Assembly: GCA_964551875.1 (NCBI GenBank)
Contig: CAZKEV010000002.1
Coordinates: forward strand, 16,047-80,046
Origin: an uncultured Methanomicrobiales archaeon
Lineage (GTDB): Archaea; Halobacteriota; Methanomicrobia; Methanomicrobiales; JACTUA01
Length of the DNA stretch: 64,000 bases
Reading direction: 5' to 3'
Positions 33,290 through 41,287 of the stretch are shown here, one piece after another. Under the pieces are notes generated by a model, which worked only from the letters and a program-made list of their open reading frames with translations, did not search any database and was not told where the DNA came from. A program made the position numbers and the translations under genes. Positions within the stretch are counted from its first letter, which is position 1. Each line of letters opens with the position of its first letter.

Positions 33290-33715
33290 GTGGAAGACAG
33301 CAGAGCGATCTACTGGCAGGACGCCATCTCAAGAAATATCCCCTTGGGAAACGTGTCGAAGGAGGAGGTGGAAAGAGCCCCCGAGGAAAGGGCGGACGCT
33401 TTCTTCATCGCGGGGATGGTCCTGGCCGCACGGGGAGGGGAGGACATGAGCAACGAGCAGCTTCATTGTTCGGGGGAGGCCGTGATGGAGAACCTTATGC
33501 ACGAGGGCCTCCGCAGACGGTTTGCGAAAAATCGGCCCAAGCTGTTCTGTCTTCGTGACCTCCCCTTGCTCGAACTCGACAGGCGAATGGAAATCCCCGA
33601 GCGGGAGTTCATGCTCGGGTTGGCCTACATGATCAGGGAGAAGACGGGCAGGGAGTTGACCGCCGAGCAGGCCGCTTCGGAGATCGACTACCGATTAACA
33701 GGAGGGAACAACTGA
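33290..33715 (+). CDS. Hypothetical protein
   Basis: GTG 33290 after GGGGAGG. 141 aa. Start uncertain. Confidence 0.45.
   Translation: MEDSRAIYWQDAISRNIPLGNVSKEEVERAPEERADAFFIAGMVLAARGGEDMSNEQLHCSGEAVMENLMHEGLRRRFAKNRPKLFCLRDLPLLELDRRMEIPEREFMLGLAYMIREKTGRELTAEQAASEIDYRLTGGNN
33512..33526. repeat. Palindrome variant CGCAGA-CGG-TTTGCG (copy 4, one mismatch)
   Basis: Direct reading; intragenic. Confidence 0.7.
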
Positions 33716-33906
33716 TGAAGAAGGAAGGGACCGGGAAAGGGATGGCCTGCCCCTACTGCAAGTCGGAAATGAGGGACGGCAAGTGCCCCGACTGCGGTGC
33801 GTGGGCGGACTCCTACGGAATCGTCCACCGGGCCAAGTGCCAGGGGGGATTCCACGAGGCGTGCTCCGTGAAAGGGAGCGTGAGAGAGGAAGAGGGAGAC
33901 GATTAG
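33715..33906 (+). CDS. Small zinc-ribbon protein
   Basis: ATGA overlap. CPYCKSEMRDGKCPDCG. Confidence 0.45.
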   Translation: MKKEGTGKGMACPYCKSEMRDGKCPDCGAWADSYGIVHRAKCQGGFHEACSVKGSVREEEGDD

Positions 33907-33917
33907 TTTTTGGAGGC

Positions 33918-33945
33918 TTGACAAAAGAAACAAGTACCTTATAAT
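33918..33945 (+). promoter_or_regulatory. Consensus promoter P5
   Basis: GGCTTGACAAAA..N..TATAAT with a 16-nt spacer. Confidence 0.8.
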
Positions 33946-33971
33946 GTAAAGGTGAACTTGAGGCGCAAACG

Positions 33972-34556
33972 ATGGCGAGACGAATCGTTAAGGCGGGGGT
34001 CGTAACGCCCGACCTGATGGTCTACGACAAGAGCTTGAATCGGGAATTCTTCCCGAACGTGAAGCTCTTCGCAGAGAAGATGATCCCCGGCTGCCCCCTG
34101 GGCAAAACGGTGTATCTCACCCTCGCGTTTCACAGAAGGAGCCGGGCGCGCTTCCCCGTTTCGGTTTCGACCATCCAGTCCGGGGATGGGTGGCTTCACG
34201 TCAAGGTGCGAGTGAGCCATTTTGCTGCATTCCCCTGTGCAACCCAGGTCAAGACCAAGACGACCGCAGTAGGAGACAAGGTGGCGCAGGTTCTGATGAA
34301 CGCCAGGTTCACCTACGACTTCGACGACGTGACGTTCTCGAACGCCGAGGAGGCGGCGATCTTCGGCGCGGGGAACGGCCTATTCTGGGCTTTGCGGAAG
34401 CTCAACCGGATCGAGGGAAGGAACTCAAAGACGGCCAGGAATCTTCACGGGTTGATGTGGCTCAGCTCCTTCCGATTTTGGCTGGCGAAGGGGAGGGACG
34501 ACGCCGCCATCGTGCCCGAGAAGATCGTCGACCGGAGGGCGTTGTGTCTGAAGTGA
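33972..34556 (+). CDS. Hypothetical protein
   Basis: 194 aa, first gene after P5. Confidence 0.55.
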   Translation: MARRIVKAGVVTPDLMVYDKSLNREFFPNVKLFAEKMIPGCPLGKTVYLTLAFHRRSRARFPVSVSTIQSGDGWLHVKVRVSHFAAFPCATQVKTKTTAVGDKVAQVLMNARFTYDFDDVTFSNAEEAAIFGAGNGLFWALRKLNRIEGRNSKTARNLHGLMWLSSFRFWLAKGRDDAAIVPEKIVDRRALCLK

Positions 34557-35036
34557 CGATTGTCTTGACCCAGGAGGACTTCCGACGGCTTGTGGCCGGG
34601 CGACCCGTCGAGGTCGAGGTGAAGCTGCGTGGGGTGCAGTGGTGGATACGATTCGGCTTGAAGGACATCGACTTCAACACGATGATCGAGGCGATCCGGG
34701 ACGCAATGGAAGGAATGGCCAGTGGCCAGGTCGAAAAACTCAATCCAGCGGATCAAGGAACGGGCCAAGGTTCTCTCGGCCCGGATCCAGATTCTGGAGG
34801 AGGAAAACCAGGCCCTGAAGATGGCGGCAGCCATCGAGGGGTTCAAGATCGAGCATCAAGGGGTGTCGAACAGGATTTACAGGGGGAGGTCCAAGGAATT
34901 CAGGGTCGGCCAGCTGATCCTCCCCCTTCCGAGGGGATGGGTCATTGATTCCAGTTCGGGGTCGTTTACTGCTTTCACTACCGAGCGGCATGGGCAGAAG
35001 TACGCGGAGGTCCAGGTCATCCAATTGGAGGAGTGA
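34553..35036 (+). pseudogene. Hypothetical gene split into two overlapping ORFs (34553-34948 and 34722-35036) by a 7-bp tandem duplication
   Basis: Removing one TGGCCAG copy fuses VTIVLTQEDF...AMEGMA to RSKNSIQRIKERAKV... in a single frame. The downstream part of the first ORF is G/P/R-rich off-frame-looking sequence. Confidence 0.5.
34716..34729 (+). repeat. Perfect 7-bp tandem duplication TGGCCAG TGGCCAG
   Basis: Direct reading of aaTGGCCAGTGGCCAGgtcg. Confidence 0.9.
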
Positions 35037-35038
35037 GA

Positions 35039-35524
35039 ATGGCAAGGGTACTGACGGTTTACATCGGGAAGGAAACGATCGAACAGATCCTCAAGGGAGA
35101 GACCATCGAGATCGGAGTGGCGGATAGCGCGGGCCAGAAGTGGAAAGCCGCGCTCGCCAAGACGGGCATCACCCTGGAGGAGGGATTCGCTCTTTCCATC
35201 GGGGAAGTTCCGAAGTGGATTCTTTACATCGAGGGCCACCCGATCGGGACCGGCCAGAACGAGAACCCGGGAGATGCCCTCCGCGAAGCGTTTGCGGCGG
35301 CGGGGTTGACGTCCATGCCCGAGGCGGTGGAGGCCAAGGCAATCAACGCGGAGACGGGCGACGCCTACTCGATTTTCACGCTCGAAGGTTCCGCCTACTG
35401 CGTTCCCGTGACGCAATTCGCGGAGGAGGTCGCCAAGTCCTCGAATTGGACGACGGCGAGGCAGGCCAAGCGGCCCGAGATCGACGCCCTGATGAAGGAG
35501 CTCAAGGCGCTCCCCAGGGGGTAG
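35039..35524 (+). CDS. Hypothetical protein
   Basis: ATG after GGAGGAG. 161 aa. Confidence 0.55.
   Translation: MARVLTVYIGKETIEQILKGETIEIGVADSAGQKWKAALAKTGITLEEGFALSIGEVPKWILYIEGHPIGTGQNENPGDALREAFAAAGLTSMPEAVEAKAINAETGDAYSIFTLEGSAYCVPVTQFAEEVAKSSNWTTARQAKRPEIDALMKELKALPRG
35282..35296. repeat. Palindrome variant CGCGAA-GCG-TTTGCG (copy 5, one mismatch)
   Basis: Direct reading; intragenic. Confidence 0.7.
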
Positions 35525-35533
35525 GGGGACCAC

Positions 35534-35860
35534 ATGGAGGAGCAGGCGTTTCCCAGCGTGACCGTCAGGAAGTGGACGGCGTGCGGCGTGATGGACGTCA
35601 CCCTCGTTTTCAATTCTGGCGGCAAGGTCAGCGGGATTTTCCCCCGCCTCGGGAAGGGGTTCACCTGCAAGGGGCTCCTCTGCGGGGTTGCGGGGAACAT
35701 CGCGGGGAGGGCTATCCAGCTGGGGGTGCCCATTCCTTCCATCGTGGCGGCAATGAAGGGGACGGCATGCCCCGAGGCGAAGGACAAGAGGTCCTGCCTT
35801 GACGCGATCGCCGGGGTGCTCGATGAACACGGAGGTTCCTGTGCCTCTTCCGGTGAATGA
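35534..35860 (+). CDS. Standalone TSCPD-domain protein
   Basis: GTACPEAKDKRSCLDAIAGVLDEH resembles the TSCPD motif found at the C-terminus of B12-dependent RNRs. 108 aa. Confidence 0.55.
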   Translation: MEEQAFPSVTVRKWTACGVMDVTLVFNSGGKVSGIFPRLGKGFTCKGLLCGVAGNIAGRAIQLGVPIPSIVAAMKGTACPEAKDKRSCLDAIAGVLDEHGGSCASSGE

Positions 35861-36233
35861 TCCATCGTTCATGTTTCTCTGCCGCTTCTGCGAGTGTTTT
35901 GCCGAGGCGAAGGATGCCGGAAGAGCGTCGTGCGGGAAGGCTTGCGGGGGGCCGAAGAAGAGGATGGACTACCCCAAGTACCGGGGTCCCCTCACGATGA
36001 AGTACATCGCGGATCACTGCTTCGTTTGCGGGGAGGAGACCAGGATTTCCGTTCACGTCCACAAGGAAGACCGGGCTCTGGGCGTCTGCGAGAAGCACCT
36101 GATTTTTGCCGGGATCGGGTACGATGACATCAAGAAGGTGAAGGCGGAGAACATGGGAATCGTGTGCCGGAAGATGGTTTCCATTTCTCCCGAGGAACTA
36201 TTCGGCCTCAAGGGGCCAGAGGACAAATCATGA
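35823..36233 (+). CDS. Cys-rich hypothetical protein
   Basis: FLCRFCECF...SCGKACGG...HCFVCGEE...GVCEKH. Start uncertain: ATG 35823 or GTG 35853. Confidence 0.45.
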   Translation: MNTEVPVPLPVNDPSFMFLCRFCECFAEAKDAGRASCGKACGGPKKRMDYPKYRGPLTMKYIADHCFVCGEETRISVHVHKEDRALGVCEKHLIFAGIGYDDIKKVKAENMGIVCRKMVSISPEELFGLKGPEDKS

Positions 36234-36472
36234 TTCGATGCGATATCTGCCGGATGGAGTTCAAGGACGACAACGCGGAGAGGTTGGATCGAACGAAGCA
36301 CGGATGGCCGGTTCCAACGGGTAAAACCGACAAGGAGACGGGTGCTCCCGTCTGGAAGCTCCGCCTGTGCTCCGACGCGTCGCCCGCCGAGATCCTGACC
36401 TACCGGAAGGTAAAAGAGAATCTCAAGAAGGGGATCAGGAGCGCGGGTTTTCCCGGAGGGAACACCCCGTGA
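36230..36472 (+). CDS. Small hypothetical protein
   Basis: ATGA overlap. 80 aa. MIRCDICRMEF. Confidence 0.45.
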   Translation: MIRCDICRMEFKDDNAERLDRTKHGWPVPTGKTDKETGAPVWKLRLCSDASPAEILTYRKVKENLKKGIRSAGFPGGNTP

Positions 36473-36792
36473 ATTTAGAGAGCCTCCCCAAGGAAGCCGA
36501 GGACACGTTCTGGTTGTCCTTCGGTGCCAAGCTGCCCCCGGGGGCGAAGGTCTTCGTCTCGAAGACGGCGGAGTCCCCGAGGACCTTCTTGGACGCCAGG
36601 GGGGCGCTCCTTTCCTGCATCCCTTCCGCCATGTTGGCGCACCTGATCTTCGTGGATCTGTATCCCGAGGCAAATTGGGCGCACGACTGCCTTTACGTCT
36701 TTGCGGTGTCGGGTGGGAACCTATTCGCTGTGGCGCACGACTGGCCCCCGCTCGGGGCCGACGATTTTCTTCCCATGGAAAAGAAAGGATGA
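36469..36792 (+). CDS. Hypothetical protein
   Basis: GTGA overlap. 107 aa. Confidence 0.45.
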   Translation: MNLESLPKEAEDTFWLSFGAKLPPGAKVFVSKTAESPRTFLDARGALLSCIPSAMLAHLIFVDLYPEANWAHDCLYVFAVSGGNLFAVAHDWPPLGADDFLPMEKKG

Positions 36793-36795
36793 ACG

Positions 36796-37125
36796 GTGGA
36801 CGCGAAGCAAATGAAGTCGCTGGAGAAGATGCTCCTGGAGAAACGGGAGCGTCTCTCCAACGACATCGGGCGCATGAAGGCCGATGAGGAGGTGATTCCC
36901 AGCAAGGATCCCGAGGATTTAGACTACGAGGCAGAGATCACGCGGGGTCTAATCGAGATGGAAGAGAGGGAGATCCGGGAGATCGACGACGCCCTGGCGC
37001 GGATCGAGGACAAGACCTTCGGGATCTGCGAGTCTTGCGGGAAGGGAATCAAGCCCGTCAGGCTCAAGTCCCTTCCGAATTCCAGGCTGTGTCTTCCCTG
37101 CAAAAGGAAAGAGGAAGAGGCATGA
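36796..37125 (+). CDS. DksA/TraR-family C4 zinc-finger protein
   Basis: Coiled-coil N-terminus, then IEDKTFGICESCGKGIKPVRLKSLPNSRLCLPC (CxxC-N17-CxxC). Confidence 0.7.
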   Translation: MDAKQMKSLEKMLLEKRERLSNDIGRMKADEEVIPSKDPEDLDYEAEITRGLIEMEEREIREIDDALARIEDKTFGICESCGKGIKPVRLKSLPNSRLCLPCKRKEEEA

Positions 37126-37526
37126 AGCCCGGCGACGTCGTAGTTCTGAAGGGAACGATCATTTATGACGGGGGAATCACTATCCCCGACAAGTCTGATC
37201 GTCTCACCATCATCGAGGGGAAGGCTGACATCGGCGGGTGCATCCTGGCGAAGGATTGGCAGGGGGAGATCCACTGCATCAATCCCGACAGGTTCGATCT
37301 GGTCTGGACCGCCGAGGAGGCCGTCGCCAAGAAGATGATGGAGCCACCTATCATGCAGTTCAAGCCGGTGAGCTACGCCGAGGTGGAACAGCGGCTTCAT
37401 CAATCTATAGCGAAGGCCATGGCGATCAACCTTGACGACGCGATCATGAATGGGATGCTCGCGACGGCGGACGAAAAGGGAACAAAGCAGATAGCCACGC
37501 AGTTGGGGATGGGGGACCGAGGATGA
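37122..37526 (+). CDS. Hypothetical protein
   Basis: ATGA overlap at both ends. 134 aa. Confidence 0.5.
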   Translation: MKPGDVVVLKGTIIYDGGITIPDKSDRLTIIEGKADIGGCILAKDWQGEIHCINPDRFDLVWTAEEAVAKKMMEPPIMQFKPVSYAEVEQRLHQSIAKAMAINLDDAIMNGMLATADEKGTKQIATQLGMGDRG

Positions 37527-38740
37527 AACGCATGACGGTACTACTGGTGGTCGTTTTCATGTCCGGGTGCCCCTCTTCGGAGCTCCTTCGGGAGACCCCG
37601 GTGATGGACACGGACCTCGTGGCGGTCGAGAAGGCTCACGCCCAGGAGATCCAGACCCACCTCCTGCCCGAGGGGCTGCTGATCTACGCCAAGAGGCCCC
37701 CAGGAGACCTGAAGGCACTCTACGAACAGGGGACCGCCCAGGCGGACGGGGCGTTCCACAACGGGCTCTACCTCGCGGCCCTGTCCCTGAAGTACGCCGT
37801 GACCAAGGATCCGGCGGACCAAGTGAAGGCCCTGGCCTGCTGGAAGGCCCACCATCTCCTCGTCGCGGGTTCCGGATACTCCGGGCTGGTGGCGCGATCC
37901 TACGGGAAGCACGATCCATCGGAGACCACGCTGACCTTCAGGCGGGACGGGAGCGGGGACGGGCAGGGGGGGTGGCTGTTCGGAACGAACATCTTCGTGC
38001 GGCTGGCCGCCGACGACGCATCCAGGGCGGAGGCGGCGGTGGACGTAAAAGCCATCGCCATGCACATGAGGAAGCACCACCTGAAGGTGTACCAGGACGA
38101 GAACACGCCGACGCCCTACGGGGACTTCAACACGCCGGTCATGGGGGTCCCCATCGGGCACTACGGGGTGGCGATGATGGCTCTTGCGAACCTCGCTCTG
38201 AAGCTGAACCCGGGGGACGGGGAGTGCGAGGCGTTCCTCAACTGGCTGGTCGAGAAGGATTACCATCGGCAGGCGCAGCACTTCTACCCGTGGTTCCCCC
38301 ACTCCGCCGCGAACACGTTCATGTACGGGATGAATATGGTGACCCTCTGGATGAACGACGAGTCTCCGCACCGGAGGGAGTTCTACCTCGCAGGCGCGGA
38401 TGCCTTCTGGGAGCGGAGCCACGCTTGGCAGATGACGTTCCACGCCCTGTCCTACAAGTTCGTGGGGGGGACCCACTACAGCGGGGACATCGACGGCTCG
38501 GTCGTCAGGCTGAAGAATCTGACGCAGAGGTACAACCCCTACGCCGACCAGCATCAGAACACCAAGACCCACACGAAGGTGGTGCCGTTGGAGTGCCGAC
38601 CCGTGACCTCGACCGCGTGGTCGTCGGACGCCTACGAGGAGCTGCTGAAGGCCGAGGGAGGGGACCCGTCCCTGGACTACTCGCGGCAGGACTTCCTGCT
38701 TGCCTATTGGATGGGCCGGTACATGGGAGCCCTTGAATGA
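37523..38740 (+). CDS. Putative secreted lipoprotein, 405 aa, function unknown
   Basis: MKRMTVLLVVVFMSGC has a hydrophobic core plus lipobox-like MSGC. The mature part is rich in aromatic residues and His. Confidence 0.6.
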   Translation: MKRMTVLLVVVFMSGCPSSELLRETPVMDTDLVAVEKAHAQEIQTHLLPEGLLIYAKRPPGDLKALYEQGTAQADGAFHNGLYLAALSLKYAVTKDPADQVKALACWKAHHLLVAGSGYSGLVARSYGKHDPSETTLTFRRDGSGDGQGGWLFGTNIFVRLAADDASRAEAAVDVKAIAMHMRKHHLKVYQDENTPTPYGDFNTPVMGVPIGHYGVAMMALANLALKLNPGDGECEAFLNWLVEKDYHRQAQHFYPWFPHSAANTFMYGMNMVTLWMNDESPHRREFYLAGADAFWERSHAWQMTFHALSYKFVGGTHYSGDIDGSVVRLKNLTQRYNPYADQHQNTKTHTKVVPLECRPVTSTAWSSDAYEELLKAEGGDPSLDYSRQDFLLAYWMGRYMGALE

Positions 38741-39126
38741 TCGTCAAACTTGAAGATCATCCGTGGCTTCGGGATGAGATGCTGGAGAAGGCCAGCAAGG
38801 TAGCGGGGAAGGTCGTCGGCTCATTTTTCCTCACGAAAATAGGGATGGAAGCGGGGGTGATCAAGGCGGTTCGGAAGGGGGCGGAAGAGGCTTTGCGGCC
38901 CTACAATGTTAGGGTGTCGTGGGGGGAGGAGAATCTTGCTGAGTACCTATCTACCCACATGGACGTCACGTTCGATTTCTCGCCCGAGAGCGAGACGGAC
39001 CTCGATCACCCATGGTCCAGGCGTATTTTCATTCACACGGACCGCATGAAGAAGTTGCTTCAGAAGAACGGGCTCCTCGCCAACGCGGACGACGCGAGGG
39101 CGGTAGCGGAATCTCTCCTGAAGTAG
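38737..39126 (+). CDS. Hypothetical protein
   Basis: ATGA overlap. 129 aa. Confidence 0.5.
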   Translation: MIVKLEDHPWLRDEMLEKASKVAGKVVGSFFLTKIGMEAGVIKAVRKGAEEALRPYNVRVSWGEENLAEYLSTHMDVTFDFSPESETDLDHPWSRRIFIHTDRMKKLLQKNGLLANADDARAVAESLLK

Positions 39127-39136
39127 GAGGACGTGG

Positions 39137-39481
39137 ATGTCAGCCATTGACAGGCTTCTCGATAAGTTGGGGATCAAGGCCCCACCCATTGCCGACTTGA
39201 GCCAGATAGCCCCCTGCCTGGGGGCAGACTACTCCGTTCGGGAGTTCGCACGAGAAGCGGCCCAGCGCATCCACAGCCAGTTCGGCCTCGACGAAGACCT
39301 CGTCTTCTTCATGATCATCGACGAGAAGGATCCCGAGGAGGAAACCAAGATCGCCGAGGCCGTCGAGGCGCGGGCGTGGTCGAGGCAGGGGGCAGAGGAG
39401 GAGGACGCCTGGGAGGACGAGGAAGAGGAAGACGAGGACTGGGACGAGGACGATCCTGAAGAATCGAGGGGGGATCAATAG
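39137..39481 (+). CDS. Hypothetical protein with a strongly acidic C-terminal tail
   Basis: ATG after GTAGGAGGA. C-terminus AEEEDAWEDEEEEDEDWDEDDPEE. Confidence 0.5.
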   Translation: MSAIDRLLDKLGIKAPPIADLSQIAPCLGADYSVREFAREAAQRIHSQFGLDEDLVFFMIIDEKDPEEETKIAEAVEARAWSRQGAEEEDAWEDEEEEDEDWDEDDPEESRGDQ

Positions 39482-39511
39482 AGTTGAGTGACCTTGACGA
39501 AAGGGCCAAGC

Positions 39512-40783
39512 ATGAAAATCGGAAGCATCGAGGACCTCAATCCAGCGCCCTACAACCCGAGGCGGATCGACCAGGAATCCTTGTCGGGCTTGCAGGTCAG
39601 CATCCGGGAACTCGGCGACGTCAGCTGCATCTGTTTCAACGAGAGGACGAAGCAGATGTTTGCGGGACACCAGCGGGTGAAGGCCCTCAAGGCGGAGTTC
39701 GGATCCGACCTCAAGATTGTCGGGGACGAGGCGACGGGCTTTTCCATCCTCACCCCGAAGGGGGACCGCTTCCCCATCCGGGTCGTGGACTGGCCGGAGG
39801 ACAAGGAGCGGCTGGCGAACCTCACGGCCAACAACCACTTCATCCAGGGGGTGTGGACCGAAACCGCCGAGGACGTTCTTGGGCAGGCCGACAACGACTT
39901 CCCGGAATTGTGTGAGCAGCTCCGTCTCAACGACCTGGACCTTGAACTTCTCATTGCGAAGGGGAAGAAGGATCACGTCGGCAAGGGCAAGGACGCGGAG
40001 CCCGACCTCGACGCCGGGGAGGAGCTGAGGAAGAAGTGGGGGGTGGAGCTGGGGCAGATTTGGGAGATGGGAGATCACCGGATCCTCTGCGGAGACTGCC
40101 TCGACAAGGCCCTGGTGGATAATTTTATGGCGGGGGAGATGGCTCACATGAGCTTCACCGATCCCCCCTACGGGGTGGATTACGGAGGACACAACCACCC
40201 ATTGTGGTCTCACAAACACGCCCCAATCCAGAACGACGCCCTGCCCGCCGACCAGATGGCCGCTTTCTGGGAAGCCGCCTTCAACATGGTGGCGGACTAC
40301 GTCTCGAACGACCTCTACGTGACGGCCCCCGGAGGCCCCCTGAACAACACCATGGCCGCCGCCATCTCCAGGACCCCGTTCGAGCATCACCAGTGGCTCA
40401 TTTGGGTGAAGGACCGGCTCGTCCTCGGGCGGTCGAATTACCACTACCGGCACGAGCACATTTGGTACGGCTGGAAGAAGGGGAAGACATCTTCCTGGCA
40501 GGGATCCACGACCGAGGACAGCGTCTGGGAAATCAAGCGCCCCAGTCGATCGGATGACCACCCGACCATGAAACCGGTGGAGCTCGTTCAGAAGGCCCTG
40601 GCCAACAGCAGCATGAAGGGCGACACCGTGTTCGAGCCCTTCAGCGGCTCGGGGACAACCATCGTGGCCTGCGAGAACATGGAGAGGAAGTGCTTGGCCA
40701 TCGAAGTCGTTCCGGCCTACGTCGCCGTCGCGCTTCAGCGGTGGTCGGACGCTTTCCAGAAAACTCCGAAAAAGTTGTCGTAG
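39512..40783 (+). CDS. ParB-like nuclease domain fused to an N6-adenine/N4-cytosine DNA methyltransferase (beta class)
   Basis: N-terminus IEDLNPAPYNPRRI (ParB box). HRILCGDCLD, FTDPPYGVDY (DPPY) and VFEPFSGSGTTIVAC (FxGxG). Start is ATG 39512 or GTG 39488. Confidence 0.85.
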   Translation: MKIGSIEDLNPAPYNPRRIDQESLSGLQVSIRELGDVSCICFNERTKQMFAGHQRVKALKAEFGSDLKIVGDEATGFSILTPKGDRFPIRVVDWPEDKERLANLTANNHFIQGVWTETAEDVLGQADNDFPELCEQLRLNDLDLELLIAKGKKDHVGKGKDAEPDLDAGEELRKKWGVELGQIWEMGDHRILCGDCLDKALVDNFMAGEMAHMSFTDPPYGVDYGGHNHPLWSHKHAPIQNDALPADQMAAFWEAAFNMVADYVSNDLYVTAPGGPLNNTMAAAISRTPFEHHQWLIWVKDRLVLGRSNYHYRHEHIWYGWKKGKTSSWQGSTTEDSVWEIKRPSRSDDHPTMKPVELVQKALANSSMKGDTVFEPFSGSGTTIVACENMERKCLAIEVVPAYVAVALQRWSDAFQKTPKKLS

Positions 40784-40788
40784 GTCCC

Positions 40789-40816
40789 TTGACTCGGTGA
40801 CCCTCCCGCCTATGAT
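40789..40816 (+). promoter_or_regulatory. Promoter-like element P11 (drives candidate RNA1)
   Basis: CCCTTGACT-N16-TATGAT followed by AGGG. Same architecture as P1-P10. Confidence 0.5.
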
Positions 40817-40822
40817 AGGGAG

Positions 40823-40988
40823 TGGCAAGACCGGGGGAAGAAATGCAGCGAGGCAACGAATCTCGGATCTCAGCACCCCCTTCGCTGGGGGTTGCTGGCG
40901 GGGGGTTACGCGGGTTCTCCTGCGCTGCCCCGGTAGCCCCCTATAACCATCAGGCCGTCTTCCACCAGGAGGCGGCCTTTCTTTTTTT
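40823..40988 (+). ncRNA. Candidate structured non-coding RNA 1 (~165 nt), family unknown
   Basis: No credible ORF. Internal helices: CAGCACCCCC/GGGGGUUGCUG and CGCGGG-UUCU-CCUGCG. Ends at an 11-bp hairpin followed by UUCUUUUUUU. The 5' end is inferred from the -10 position. Confidence 0.4.
40952..40988 (+). terminator. Rho-independent terminator T1
   Basis: AGGCCGTCTTC ... GGAGGCGGCCT stem followed by TTCTTTTTTT. Confidence 0.8.
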
Positions 40989-41000
40989 GCTGGAAACCCC

Positions 41001-41030
41001 TTGACAGCTTTCAGACGGGGGAGCAAGAAT
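41001..41030 (+). promoter_or_regulatory. Promoter-like element P12 (drives candidate RNA2 / replication leader)
   Basis: CCCCTTGACA-N18-AAGAAT followed by AGGGG. Weaker -10 than P1-P10. Confidence 0.4.
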
Positions 41031-41036
41031 AGGGGT

Positions 41037-41287
41037 GTCGGGGGAGCGGTAGTGAACAAGGACAAACCCTGACAAGCGAAACAAGATGGCCGCTGGCAAC
41101 GGCCTGAGAACAGGAGAACGGAGCGGGAGTGGTAGAGACGAAGCACAACACCGGAAAAACCGGTGTCGGTTGCCAACCGACTCCGGGGGGGCGAAGTGGG
41201 GAATCGGACCACTCCTACTCGCCCTACGTAGCCCCCGAAAAAACAACCAGGCCGCGCCTCGAAAGAGGTTGCGGCCTGTTTTATTTC
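41037..41287 (+). ncRNA. Candidate structured non-coding RNA 2 / cis-regulatory leader (~250 nt), family unknown
   Basis: Nested helices: GGCCG-CUGGCAA-CGGCC, CACCGG-AAAAA-CCGGUG, UCGGUU-GCC-AACCGA, and GGGCGA..UCGCCC enclosing AGUGG..CCACU. The 5' UCGGGGG can pair with CCCCCGA at 41232. Ends at a GAAA-tetraloop terminator. Confidence 0.4.
41248..41287 (+). terminator. Rho-independent terminator T2
   Basis: CAGGCCGCGCCTC-GAAA-GAGGTTGCGGCCTG followed by TTTTATTT. Confidence 0.8.

Noticed and set aside
41037-41287. Candidate RNA2 considered as a tmRNA or tRNA-like element, because of its 5'/3' closing helix and an anticodon-arm-like GGCCG-CUGGCAA-CGGCC hairpin.
   Set aside because: It has no T-arm (GGUUCGAnUCC-type), no 3' CCA, and no recognisable tag reading frame ending in a hydrophobic Ala-rich peptide.
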